From Amoebidium appalachense (Eukaryota > Protista > Ichthyosporea), in the NCBI GenBank assembly GCA_963693365.1, contig CAVNZM010000013.1:7643898-7707897 (forward strand): 64,000 bases of DNA. Reading direction: 5' to 3'. The notes beneath the pieces were generated by a model that had not been told where the DNA came from, searched no databases, and saw only the letters and a list, made by a program, of their open reading frames with translations. A program made the translations under genes and the position numbers. Below are positions 39,935 through 55,162 of this stretch, piece after piece; the stretch's first letter is position 1; every line of letters begins with the position of its first letter.

Positions 39935-40765
39935 CAGGGAGGGGGAGAGAGAGCTTTAAACTTGACTCCAACACCCAAGCATCCAAGAGATAACAAAAGG
40001 ATTCGCCTCAAGCCCAAATTTCGGAGATCAGATCGTAAATATCGCCCGAAAATCCCCAGATTTCACTTACCCATCGGCCAGCATCTTAAGGTAGTCCTCC
40101 CAGAAGGAGGGTAGACCCTTCCACGGGTCGTTGGTCAGATTACGGTCGGTGGCATAGAAGTACTTCAGTTTGGCATCGAAGGCTACCTTGGCCTGGGTGA
40201 AGGCAAACTCACGTGTGGCCCTGTGGGTGTGCATGCATGTTAGTGTCTGGCTGCGTGTGTGCTTGTGGTGATAGATACAACGGAGTCAGATAGTCGAGCT
40301 GGGTGGGTGCAGAAAGTTAGTTGCCCTTGGACTGAGGGGTGGGGTGGGGTGGGGTGGGGTGGGGTAGGGGTGTGTGTGTGTGTGTGTAGGGAGAGAAAGG
40401 GGGGGGGGGGGGGGGGGGAGGGGGGGTGGGTTGTCATAGACATGTTCCTGTATTGATGTGGACGGCACGATGTGTGTGTTTGGTATGTGTGTGTGTGGGG
40501 AGGGGGGGGGGGGGGGAGGGAAGAGAGGAAGAAAGAGAGAGGAGGGGAAGGAGGAGGGGTTCGGGGGAGGGTTGACAATAGCGCCGGCAGAAGAAACTGC
40601 ATGGTTGGTTTTCTCCGCCACTTGGGGGGGGGGAGCGGGGGGCGGGGGAGGGGGGGGGGAGGGAAGGGAAGTAAAAAAGGTGAAAGAAAGGGAGAGGGTG
40701 GTAGTAATTTGGCAAACATCTCAGCCAATGCTTGTAGGAGGACGGGGGGAAGCGGGGCGGGACGG

Positions 40766-40796
<31 letters not shown>

Positions 40797-43718
40797 GGGG
40801 GGGGAGGGGGGGGGGAGGAGTGAGAGGGAGGGAGTTCTCATACGTGTGCACTGCGCCGGCAGCAATCGTCTTGCCTGCCTCCACAGCAGCCTTGAAGGTC
40901 TCAAGCTCATCGTACTCGGGCACAAACTGGGGGGATGGTTCAATGAGTTGGTGGTTACGTGCTGGCGGTGGCATGGGTGTGGGTTGGGCCTGAAGATAGG
41001 CAGAGGCGTGTGTGTGCAAAAGGTGCTGATGTAATGTGTGATGTCTGTTGCCAGGGGGGCAGGCAGGTGCAAAGCCGGGGGCCCATGAAATATCGTCTTT
41101 AAAGTTTGTCTTAAAGTGCCCATATCTCAGACCCATTTCCCATGTATCATGTCGGGGGGGGGGGGGGGGGGGGGGGGGGAGGATGGTAAGAGGAGAGGAG
41201 GGAGAGGGGGGTGCAATTTTCAGGGGGAGGGGGGTTCCAATACCGGACACCAGGGGCCGACGCCAAACTGCCCCTTCTTGGTGGTCCACATGCTCTTGGC
41301 ACAGCTCCCGGTGTCGTCAGGCTTCCACCTCCATGCAAAATTTTCAAACGGGATGGAAATTTGGGCGGGGATAGGATAGCCGGGGGCCGGTGTGAGGAGA
41401 GACATGTCGGGGAACACACCGGGGTTGAGCACAATGGTGGCCTCTGGGAGGAGCTTGTGCGCATAGTTGACGATCTGGGGGGGGAGGGGGAGGTCGGGGG
41501 GGAGGGGGGGGGGGGGGGGGGGGGGGGGGGCAAATGTGAGGTTTCGTACATGGGGTTTGATAGGTACGAGTCCCTTCTATGCAATCAGTTCGGGTCTTCG
41601 ACTCCCCTTCCCCCCCCCTCCCTCCCTCCTTTTTTTTTGGTGGAAGAAAAGGGGTGGAATTTGGCGGGTTGGGGGATGGGGGGGATTCCACATGTTGTTG
41701 CATTTTGTTATGGGAAAGGGTAGCAAGGATTAGAGCACACCACACAATTTGGAACCCTTTGAAGGATTCTAGTTGAAACGAGAAAAATATTGTCGACAGG
41801 AAGTTGGGGAGGATAACAGTAATCCAAAATAAACCCAGGTTGAGATATACACACCTCGACATATTTTTCCGTGTGGTTGACGCCCCACTTCATGTTCTTG
41901 GTGTCGATGTGGTTGGTCGTGTCGTCCAGGAAAAACCCCTTGAAATTTGGGATGAACTTCATCTGCTTGGTCCACTGGTCCATGGTCGCGAAAATTGATG
42001 GCAGGGATCTGTGTTGTTTTTTAGCGTATGAGAGAGTTAAGAAATCAGTTTTGTGTGAGACAACTGGAAAGTTTGTTGTCCAATCGTAATTAAGTTTTGT
42101 GCCCAGCAATGTGTTCAACTAAGTTCTTTTAGTCGCAACCAAACTTGCGCGTAAACCGTCTCCTCAAACAATGAAATTCTATATTTCGTGGAACCGATTA
42201 TAAATCCACAGCTTTCCGTTATGTGAAATCACATGCAGGTGGTTTAGTGGTGAGGAAGCGAGGCAAGGAGAGAGGGAAGAGAATGGAGGGAGACGGGTGA
42301 GCCAAAAGAAAGAAACAGATAGGAGAGAAAGGAGTGGGGTGGGTGGGTGGGTTGAGGAGAGCGAAGGGCGGCTGGGGGGTGGGGAGGGGGGGGAGGGGGA
42401 GGGGGGGGTTGCATACTCAAAGCCCACGGGTGTCCAGATGCCCTCGCTGTTCATCCCGGTGACCTTTGTGTGTGTGTAGCCCACCATCTCGACCCCGGCA
42501 TCAGACAGCATCTTGGTGCATATCTGGGTGTGTACGTTTGAGTGTTGGCGCCAACACACTCTTGCACATGCTCATTCGCAAAAACATTCTCCTCCCCGCC
42601 CCGACCCCACATCCCCCCACCCACCTGCCTATCTCTCTCTAAGAGCCTACACACCTTCACTCACAAGACGCCACAAATCTTGCTCACAGACATCACATCA
42701 CCATTCAGACATCTCTCGTGCAAACACACGAACTCCCGCAAACACACTTCAACACTTCCCCTCCATTTCATGATTACACAGAAACACATACAAACACACA
42801 CACGTACGCATCCCTCCCCCCGCCCCCCCCCTCCCCCCCAACCCACGCACCTGCATAGCCTCCAGGTTAGGGTGGTTGTCAGAGTATGGGCCTCTGCAGG
42901 GGTTCAACACGGCCATGACCGACTTGCAGCCCTTCGCAAGGTCCACAAAGAAACTGTCCGTGCACTGTTTGGTCACGGGGTCAATTGCAATGGGCCATGC
43001 ATCCTTGGGGTTGGCCGGGCACCCTGCGTGGTAGAGGAAGACCATTACAGAGGGATTGTTCTTGGGCTGCCACGGTCTGTCGTAGATGCATTCTGGGTGG
43101 GTGGGTGGGAGTTAGACAATCGGGGGGTGGAGGGGATAGGGAGAAGGGAGGGGCGGAGGGGGGGGAGGGGGGTTGTGTTGGCTTTCCTTTTTTGCTTTTT
43201 TTGTGCTTTTTTTGGGCGACGGGCCGGGGGGGGGGGGGGGGGGATGAGGCCGGGGGTTTTTGTTTTATTTATTTCATTTTTTCCTTTTTTGGGGGGGGGG
43301 GGGAGGGGTGGGGGGGGGGGGGGGGGGTGGCGCAGGTGTAGGGAAGGGGAGGGGAAGAGGACAGACGGGGGGAAACTTATGAGTGCTCGTGTTGTGCATG
43401 TGTGTGTGTTGGTGTGTGTGTGTGTTCGTTGGAGTCATATGAAAACGCGGACGGCAATTCACAAGTGCCAACTACACGTACGCGAGCAACACGATAATCA
43501 AAGACAAAAGCATAGACAGTAAACGAGACTTTCGCTGAATATCATCAAGCTTTTAGGCTACACCACATACTTGGGGGGTTGGAAGTGGTAGCAGCATCTC
43601 TTCTTGCAATCGCCTTGGCCTGCATCTGATCGTGATAGTGGCCTCCATTCTCCCTCGCCAATGCCGTTCCCGTTGCACCACAAAGGGTGGCAACTAGTAG
43701 AGATCTTGCTGAAGGCAT
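39370..43718 (-). CDS. Spherulin-4 / Sph3-like glycoside hydrolase family 135, secreted and GPI-anchored; 8 exons: 43718-43571, 43092-42851, 42523-42417, 42008-41855, 41474-41244, 40926-40844, 40220-40071, 39550-39370 (431 aa)
   Basis: All 7 introns are GT-AG and phase-consistent. The spliced protein has a signal peptide, AVLNPCRGP, AGVEMVGYTHT, GFFLDD, IVLNPG, IPFE and YFYATD...DPWKGLPSFW (spherulin-4 motif order), then an S/T-rich stalk and hydrophobic tail SSASSAGIFAPTLGAMLLAVLAPLVANVVY. Confidence 0.88.
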
Positions 43719-46057
43719 TTTTGCGACTGAAAATCTGGAAGGGAGGTATTTATGTAAGCGCCATGAATGAGGCTGGAATGTTAGGTTCGTGACGGGATTA
43801 GAGAACAAACGGGTGTTGAGTAACGAGAAGGGGGTTGGTTCCCTTATTGTTTCTCTCTAATTTATTTGTGTGTGTGTGTGTGTGTGTGTGTGTTTGGGGG
43901 GAGGGGGAGGGAGGAGGGGGGCGGGGGGAGGGCGGGTAGGTGGGGCTGGTAAAGAAGAGGAATGGGGGGAGATGGGGGGGGGGGGGGGGGGGGGGGGGGA
44001 GGGGGTGGAAGGGGGTGATGTTGTTCGATGCAATTTCCATTATTTGCGTAGTTGCTGACCACATTTGTGCAAGTGCGTCATGTGTGTGAGTGTGTGTGCC
44101 CGAGCCTCTAATGACTACAAACACACACCCGTGGTGTGTGTCTATGATTGAATCACTCTGTTATGTGCGCCGGTGACGTGCGCTTCTCGGTGTGTGTGTC
44201 TGCAATAAATGTGCTTGAGAATGTGTAATCTGTTGTTTGTCTCTCTCTCTGTGTGTGTGTTTCTCTGTGTGCGTGTGCGCGCGCGCGTCTCACTCTCTCT
44301 GTGTGTGCGTGCGCACACGCATGCATGTTGTGTGTGGTTGCATGTGTGCGTGTGCACTGTGCATATGTGTGTGGGGTGTGCGTCGTGCATGTGCGTGCGT
44401 GTTGAAGCCCATGTGTGCTGGCACTGTCGATTCCTTTTCGACTCGTTAGATCGTGTGGAAACAGAACCATGTGGGTGTGCTGAGTGCACGGGTTAGACAT
44501 GTGCTCGCATGTGTCCTCGTGTGTGGGCAGGTGCAAGTGCACTTCCAATGACGTGTCAAGTCATTTTCATTTACCAAGTTAAGACAATGCTACTTCCTTT
44601 GTTGTATCTGTGTCTCGTAGTTTCTCTGTTGTTCCTGTAAGAACAAAGTGTAATCTTCGTACCTATTTCACTTGCCAGTCGCCTACGAGCCTGCGGGCCA
44701 TCCAGAGGAACTGAGACAAACAGTGTCAGCGTTGGGCATTATAACCAGTTTCACTGGCGGGTCAGGCTCACATTCGGTTCGAGCCAAAAGTCCAAACCAC
44801 TATACCATCGTCTGTTGTTTCTTGGCACCAACTACGATTGCCAATCTGACTCTCGGACAGGCCATGTAATTTCTTGCACATTGTGCTTCATTGGTGTGAT
44901 TTATCTATTATTCTTTCTTTATATAATAACGAGAAAGTATCTAATAAATGTATTCTCAAATATTTTTTACCTTTTGGCTGGCTTGCCCCCCAACGTTAAC
45001 TTGGCCGGTTCGTCAGGCTCAAATTCGGATCTATCAGGTTTGTTTATCAGATCTCACATTCATTTTAGACAACCAATCAACACAGGCCATTGAAAATATT
45101 CATCCAATCACAGATGTGCGAAGTTCTGCGCACTAACTCGCTGTCCGGGGCGGAAAGAATGTGATTATTGGGCCGGCATAGGTTACGTATAAATTGAGCA
45201 AAGTGCTGACATAACTTCTTATCTCTCACCCTTTTTCATGCGCCATGTGTTCTTTGTGAGAGTCTGCACCGTCCATACTGGTACGCTAGCGGGATAAATT
45301 TATTTTTTCCCGGGATAGCCAATGACATGGGAAGATCTGGTCATTGCATATATGAAACAATTAAATAGATAATCCAATAGCACATTGAATCTCATGGCAA
45401 CTGTAACAACAGCATAGGCTAGATCTATTATAGATCTGAGGTGAGCCGGGGCCGGGACCATGTGGCACTCTGCCATGTAGGGAAACAATGTTACGACGGG
45501 CCGTGTCTACGAAGTATAGGTAAATACAGCAATTCCTATTTATGTTCTAATGTCTAGGCTTATGACTCTAACGTCTGTTGTTGTATTGGCCAAAGCATTT
45601 GGGTTTGAGGTTTCATGATACATCCATCGATCATGAGTATCGCGACGTCGACGTCGCTGTTGCCACCTGCAGCAGCGAAACAAGATCAATTGGCATTATA
45701 AGAAAAGGAATAATACGCTAATAATATTACCTCACCGCGTGGATGTGGGTTCAGAAAATCATATAATGGTATTAGGATTATTGCTATTATAAAATACTTT
45801 CCCTAAATAATACAGTAACTTCACTGATGGTCAACCCCATGCACAGTGCCATGGATATATAAGCTATGGACATATCAGTGATGGCAGCGCTAGCCACGAT
45901 TGTGCAAACCAATCAAGGCACGCCCTCGCACTAATATAGCTCCTTCGCACATCTTTGCGGGAATGTTTACTTTGCCATATTTAGCGCAACACCCTGCTAC
46001 TTCATTGAAACAGAAAAATCATTGATGATGGATCCGGGGCAGCCACTTGAAGTTAGA

Positions 46058-46092
<35 letters not shown>

Positions 46093-46095
46093 GTG

Positions 46096-46160
<65 letters not shown>

Positions 46161-47117
46161 CAGTGACACTCACACACATGCACGCGTACGCACCCACACC
46201 CACACCCACACATGCATGCGCACAGGCACGTTAAGTCCGCACACTCATCATATTACGAATCATTCTTGATTTTGAAACGGGGAGGAGGGTATGTAGTAGC
46301 TAGTTTGGGGGTTGGTGGGGGCTCGTGCCACTGGGAGGAGGGGGAGACCTACCCCACGCCCCTGGACAGTTGGGTCCCCTCCCTCCCCCCCTCCCCCCCC
46401 CCCCCCCCCCCCCCCGCCCCCCTCCTCCTCCCCCCCCCTCCGGCTAGCAAGGGGAGAGGGGGGAGGGGGGCGGGGAGGAGGGAGGGGAGGGGGGAGGGGG
46501 GAGGGGGGGCCGGGGGGGGGGGGGGGAGGGAGGGGAGGGGGGAGAGCACCCACCCACCCCATAGGCTGCCATCGATATCATATGACTACATCAGAAAACC
46601 CAATCATAGAAGCGTTTTACATAATTTCCCAAAACGTATACGTACGCAAACATGATGAGGCTAACTACTATGATAGAAGTCAATCTAACTAACCTGAAAC
46701 TCAGGCTACCATTACTACGTCGCAAGGGTCATACTCCCCCTCCCCACCCCCCCAACCCGCCCTCCCAGCCCTACCTCCCCCCCTATACTCCCCACCCCCG
46801 CCCCTGTCCTCTCTCGCACTCGTCTCTAATTTTAGTCGCCCCACCGCGCGCGCACACACAGCACACACTTTCACACGTATTTAATTCACACGTACCTGTG
46901 CACATGCATCTACCACACATTCAAATGAGGTGCACTAACTTTGACCCGCGATGAGCACGAGACATGGACTTGCATACTGTAACCCTCACTCACACCACAC
47001 GCACAATGTTATACATAAATTCCCCGCCACACAGATACGCACACGAACACTGCAAGGTGAGCACGATAACCCAGTGCCCCCAATACGTATATTGACTTAC
47101 AAACTTTGAACGTTGTA

Positions 47118-47148
<31 letters not shown>

Positions 47149-47197
47149 GTGTGTGTGTGGTGTGTGTGTATGTATGTGTGTGTGTATGTATGTATGT

Positions 47198-47229
<32 letters not shown>

Positions 47230-47668
47230 GGGGGGGGGAGGGAGGGGGGTTGTGGGTGTGTGTGCGTGCCTGCGCATGTGCACATGCATTTACTTGTGTA
47301 AACGAGCAGGGTGAGGGAGGGGGAGAGGGGGACGGGGGAGGGGAGGGGGGAGGTGGTGAGTGAGGCGGGAGGGGCTGGGGGGAGGGGGGGGGGGTTGAGG
47401 GGGGAGGGGTCGTTAGAAGTGTTGAACCTAGGGTGAGGGGGAGGGGGAGGGGGAGGAGGTCAGTGAAGCAGGAGGGGCCCCGGGGGGGGGGGGGGGGGAG
47501 GGGGGAGGGTTGTTTAACGAGAATGTTATGGCGCATATAGCACACATTTGCCGCGAACAACACAAAGCAGACCTTGCAAAGAACACACTGAGTATGCATC
47601 CGGCAGAAGAAGAGCATCAGCACCAAGGGATGGGAAATGTGTGCATGCGCGTGTGTCTGTGTGTGTGT

Positions 47669-47819
<151 letters not shown>

Positions 47820-48042
47820 GTGTGTTGGGGGGGTGGGGGGTGGGGTGGAAGGGGTGATATTCATCAGTGGCCAAAACGGAAACAATTGCTCCAAAAAAAA
47901 AATTACAAATACATGTACAACTTTGGTGGATGGAAAAGAGACTCTGGCTATGATCACGCGCATGGGCGGGCGGGCGGGGGCCGGGGGGGAGGGGGGCGGC
48001 GGGGCGGGGGGAAGCGGGGCGTGGGGAGGCGGGGCGCGCGCG

Positions 48043-48076
<34 letters not shown>

Positions 48077-48398
48077 CAACACCCCACTCACGAAGGTGGG
48101 ACCCCCCTCGAAGGGGGAGGGGGAGGACCCACCACCCCTGCGACAACCTTGGGGAGGGGGGGGAGGGGGGGGGGGCCACCAGAGCGGACGTCGATATTTA
48201 CTACTCCCCCCCCCATTTCAAATTCAAAATTCACTAAGAGGCTCAGTTGAACTTCACACCCGTACACTTTCAATGCACTCTTTCTTGCACGCGCTTGCAC
48301 TGAAATTTTTATACTCATGCCACACACGCACGTATATGCACACACACACGCACGTACGCACGCACGCACGCACACACGCACACATGCATACACACTGT

Positions 48399-48436
<38 letters not shown>

Positions 48437-48507
48437 GCTATGTACACAATACACACACACCACGACCTCACACATTATGCTATGTTGCACCAAAACAGCC
48501 AGGAGTC

Positions 48508-48541
<34 letters not shown>

Positions 48542-49392
48542 CCCACCCTCCACCTTTTTCAAATGAAATTGACTAACGTACGGAGTGATTTTCATGCCGT
48601 CTGGAAAGTTGGCCGTCGCAGTAAGTATTCAATGTGGGTATTACTGGGTGCCTTATGGCCCCCAGGCTTTCTGAGTCCGAGAAACACACATCACGGGCCA
48701 TCTATTAGGTGGTGGAAAGGCAAGCAGAGGAGAGATGACAAGAGAGACCACAGAGGTTAAGTGTGCATGTGCGTCATATTTTGTTGAGTGTTAGGGCTCT
48801 GAGTTTTATACTTGCTTGTAAAGCAAAAATGGCAGGGGCGTTGTCACATCCGGTGGACGAAGCAGGGTTGGTGTGCGCGGTGTGGGAGGGGGAGAGGGGG
48901 GGGGGGGGGGGGGGAGAAGGGGGGGGAGAGGGTTGGTGGGCCGGGGGAGGAAGGCGGGGAGAGGAAGAGAGGGAGGTGACTCGGTTGACGGTCGAGTGAG
49001 AGGCAAAGTTTTAGAGTGTTTCAGTGCAAAGTATTATTTCACGCCATTCATAGTAATATTTTGGAGAGCAGAACACCAGAAGGCATAATGCACAAACATG
49101 CCATTGGGGGATGAAATACAGTCCGACACGGGCGTTTATGTTTTCGGGTCACGTTTACCATGTTATTCTTGAATCAAAAGCAGGGAGGGAGGGAGAAGGT
49201 GGTAAGGAGAGACGGGTGTTCACCTTTGCCATAGTCGGCTGAGCTTCATGGTGTCCTTCCAGGCATGGGGCTGGGGGTGGATATGAGGGCAGGGGAGAGA
49301 GAGAGGCGGGGGGAGGCGGGGGGAGGGGAGGGGGGAGAGGGGAGCAGGGGTTGGCCCAAACTCACATGTTGAGTTATGCTGCGAATAATTGA

Positions 49393-49628
49393 AGGCCACA
49401 AATTCATAAGTAAGCTTTCAGGCCACAAATTCATAAGTAAAATTTAAGGCAACAAATTCATAAGTAAAATTTGAGGCCACAAATTCAGAAGTAAAATTTA
49501 AGGCCACAAATTCACAAGTAAAATTTAGCGCAGCAAATTCACAGGTAAACTATAAAGCAATAAATTCACAAGTAAAATATAAGGTCACAAATTCATAAGT
49601 ATGATTTAAGGAACAAATTCATAAGTAA
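49393..49628. repeat. 27-bp minisatellite (AGGCCACAAATTCATAAGTAAAATTTA)n, ~9 copies
   Basis: Read directly; the repeat degenerates toward the right end. Confidence 0.92.
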
Positions 49629-50225
49629 CCGGCAGGCACAGTTAGGTCTGGAAAATTCGAAGCAAAATCCAGAAGGGTGTCTCAGTTTTTTATGCTTGGT
49701 TGCGCTTCAGTGCATGTGTGACGTCACGTCTACCTCATAGTGTCAGCCCTATGGTTGGGTTCCCCATGTATGGTTCGCGATCGACCTCGTCATTTGTTTT
49801 AGGAAATGCACATTTGCAAGATAAAGAAACCCTAGAAAAATGCCGAGAAGACAATCTTGCGATGGTTTCAAACTTTTATGTTTTATGAAGTTTTCTTGTG
49901 ATGCTGGTACTGGTGGTGCTGGTGGCGGTGGTGATGGTGGTGGATCCTTCCCCCCCCCCCCCCCCCCATATTTTTCTTTTATTCTTTCATTCTTTCTATG
50001 GTATTTTTGTGTGGGGGGAGAGGGGGGGGGTAAAGAGACTTTACGTATACCACATTAAGTTAGAACGGCAGGGGATGGCTGGCCTCTTGAAGCCCTCACC
50101 ATTTTTCCCGGAGACAAAGGGGGAAGGTATATATATTCCGCAGGTGGAGGTGGCAGTGGCGGTTGGTATGCGTGTTTGCGTTTTTCCACTTTCTCTTTTT
50201 CTTTTTGATTTTTTTTATGCCCTGG

Positions 50226-50265
<40 letters not shown>

Positions 50266-50400
50266 GAGGACCTGCGGAGAGGTGGAGGGGAGAAGTGAGG
50301 TGTATAGTGTAACTTCCTGGTGGGGAACAAAGTATCTATGCAGGGTGCACACAGGGAGCCGTGGTGGTGGTGGTTGGGAAGGGAGGGGGGAGGGCGGGAT

Positions 50401-50438
<38 letters not shown>

Positions 50439-50514
50439 CGGGGGGAGGGGGGGGGATGGGGGGCAAGATTTTGGGATCTCCAAATTTGTCACAGCCGACA
50501 AGCAACCACCTAAT

Positions 50515-50546
<32 letters not shown>

Positions 50547-50951
50547 CATGCATTAGTGCATCTGACGCCCAAGTGCAATACTGAAAGAGCAACATATCAA
50601 GGGTAGATGTAGATTATGGTGGGTGGCCAATCTGAAAGGAAACTAAATACGGTTTCAAAAACTTAAAGGGGGCATGCTAATGGTCTGGTGTGGCCGCCAG
50701 TGGATTGGTGCACTGGGACGACACTACGTAGTATTCATTCATCACGAATTTATGTTGAACATGCAAGCGCAATGCTGCAAACACACAGGCACACAGCCCC
50801 CCCCATTCCCACCCTACCCCTCCTTCCTACATCCAAACACCCAAACACCTGTGCACGTGCGTACACCAACACACAACAGACACACATGTGCACACGGGGT
50901 TATCCCAACCTTTAATTTAGCCACCCAGCCACATACACCCACACCGTGCGC

Positions 50952-51046
<95 letters not shown>

Positions 51047-51051
51047 CCCAT

Positions 51052-51150
<99 letters not shown>

Positions 51151-51155
51151 CCCAT

Positions 51156-51267
<112 letters not shown>

Positions 51268-51268
51268 G

Positions 51269-51316
<48 letters not shown>

Positions 51317-51572
51317 TAGCATGCAATGGGTTACAAGCCTTTCGTATTGGCACCAATCCACCACCACGTGGCACATGGTCGCTCACCCCTTCCTGGTTGC
51401 ATGAACGGGCACCGAATCAAAATAGCTTCGCACCAACTCCTTCTAACATGGATAATCTGATCCCCCCCCCCCCCCCCCCCCCCTTCCCCAAACACACACA
51501 CATAAAATCTTTAAAAACACATGTCTGGTGACAATAATGGAAAAGGAAATGGGGGTGGTGGTGATGTGTTAA

Positions 51573-51620
<48 letters not shown>

Positions 51621-51662
51621 CTTTTTCTTTTTTCTTTCTTTTTTTTTTTTTTGTTGTTGTTG

Positions 51663-51702
<40 letters not shown>

Positions 51703-52225
51703 GGGGAATGGGGTTGTGGGGTTGGGTGTAAGCTGTATTCTGGCCGGAAACAGTGGATTTTGACTGCCATCACTCTCGTTTAGACCGATGATTTGAATGT
51801 ACCTTCTTGAAGTTAGGGGATGCCGAGGCTGTTGAATCGGACGCACGACGTTGTTTGGTGGTGGCGTCAAAGATTTTTCTTTCTTTCTTTCTTTCTTTCT
51901 TTTCTTTTTTTTGGGGGGGGGGGGGGAGGGGGGGGGGAGGGGGGGGGGGGGGATCACCCCAAAAAAAACAAACAAAAAAAACAAACCAAACCAAAAAAAA
52001 AAAGGATCAACAGACACAATTCACTACTACTACTACTACTACTACTAAATTCACTACTACTACTCCTACTACTACAAACCCCCCCCCCCCCCCCCCCCCC
52101 CCGGGTCCCCCTCCCCCTAAAAAATCAAACAGCCGTTAACACTGCAGGGTTCTGTGCGCCTCTGCCAAGTACTTGTCTTTGTCGTGAATGTGGGTGAAGC
52201 GCACGCAGAGGTGTGTGTGAATGCG

Positions 52226-53272
<1,047 letters not shown>

Positions 53273-54456
53273 AAGACCTTGTGACCATACTGCTGCGGTC
53301 CGTTGCCAAGAATCAACCCGCCATGTACACATCTGGGGCTTAATGATATATGGACACACACTTTCATTCCCGGCTATATTGGACATGTATGGACGTCCGC
53401 AAGTGCACATTTACGTTCAGTATGCTGGCCCGAGCACCCAACGTGCAACGTGCAGGCGTATGCTGCCATGTCAATTTATCATAATAAGCCAGGCCTGCAG
53501 CTGGAGGCCGCCTGTCTCCTTCCGAATTCGCACACGGGATTTCGGCAGGTGCCTTAACATGTACGCCAGCGCACATGCACACTGGCATGCAGCCGTTGCC
53601 TGCACACGGTGCCGCCACACATGCCTCAGAACAAAAAAAATAGAAAACCCACGTTGACCGGTACCGGTCACGACCCTGTCAGTGAACGCACTGGAGGGCC
53701 GTGAGCAATGTACGTGTTATCCCCCTAAACACAAGGCTGTTCGGGATCCTTGTGCAGGGCCCGGCACTCCGCTTTAAAGTTTGGAAGCGTTTATCAATTA
53801 TGATTGACTATGACAAAGCGGCAAATAAAACGGAAACAAGCATTCGAAAATGACTTGAAAATTAGCCTGTGAGTAAAATTCTACAGGGGGAGTAAGTACC
53901 ATTGTACCAGACGTGTAACTCTTGTCAGAGTTCGGCAATGGGCGAGTCACGTTACTTGAAGGGTCAAGGGAGAACATATTGTGACGAATGATTGGATACT
54001 AAGACTTTGCATGTTGAGGAATAGATCTGATCGAGAGCCTAAGGCTAGAGTTTGTTGGGGTTCAGTTGTCAGCATATATGGCACGAACTATCACCAATTA
54101 TACTTAAATTTTATTTTAGTTTATTTTTTTAACACTTTGCACTGTAACTCTGGTACACACGCAGAGCATCATCTATGGCCGTGGTCACGCGCTGGGGCCC
54201 GGATATCGATTTAACTTCGATGACATAATTATCGATATGAACGGGGCTTTGTGGGGTGGGGAAACCCCGATTGTGTCGTTCAGCCAATAAAAAGCCACGA
54301 TAGGGCCCCGTGATGCAGTACGCACCAATCAAAATATGAAACCAATCACATTCCCTCTTCAGGGTCACGGAGCCCGGGGCCCCTGTCATCACGTTTCTTC
54401 GACTCGAGCAGCCTTTTCAGTACATTTATGAACCGCTCACACTTACTTCTTTGCAT

Positions 54457-54501
<45 letters not shown>

Positions 54502-54989
54502 TACTTTTTAACTCTTAAATAAGCTGCTTGTAACCAGAGCGTGTTTTCCCATGGTGATAACGATTATATTGCAAATTACCGCTTCTTATCTTCCTTCTCC
54601 CGTCAGGGGCGTGGAGCATCGTGATGTGAAATTCACGCAAACAAAAAACAAAGGAACATAAAATGCTTGCGTCATTTTCCAAGGAGTAGGGGGATTTCCA
54701 GTTTATGCTGACGTCAACCGGTACCTTCTTGGAATGCGAAGACTCTCAAATATGTTTGCACCTCAGTGATCGGCTCCATCTTGAAAAAATCTTCTTACTT
54801 TTGGAGCAGGTATCCTTCATGTAAATGAGCCACATACTGTAAAAGCTATATTAAATACACTAAAGTTCTTTGATTTAGGTACTTTCCTTCTTTCAAGCGG
54901 ATTTTATTTGTTGAGAAATCCCGTGAAGACTCAATTTTCTCGAACGTGTGCGAGACTCCTCGCTTGTGGACTGGCAGTGGTGAAAGTTT

Positions 54990-55092
54990 ACGATTGGTAA
55001 GTGGTTGGCGGTTTACGATTGGTTTAACCATAAATGTAGCATTTGATTGGTGCCCGTTCGAATAGAAACTGAGCAGAACAACTATAAAAAAA
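54990..55092 (+). promoter_or_regulatory. Putative Pol II promoter: three inverted CCAAT boxes plus TATA box
   Basis: GATTGG at ~54992, ~55017 and ~55046; TATAAAA at ~55083, about 80 bp upstream of ATG 55163. Confidence 0.65.
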
Positions 55093-55162
55093 CCACCCCA
55101 GGCCAGATGTCAAGCGCACCGATCTACAATAGTCAAGTTGTAAGTAAAAGAAACAACTGAAA

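Noticed and set aside
40240-41289. 349-aa Pro-rich ORF, and ORF 41708-42118
   Set aside because: Read-through of introns around true exons 6 and 4 of the GH135 gene.
44770-44815. tRNA-like 5' half on the minus strand (TGGTATAGTGGTT...)
   Set aside because: A-box-like only; no B box or cloverleaf.
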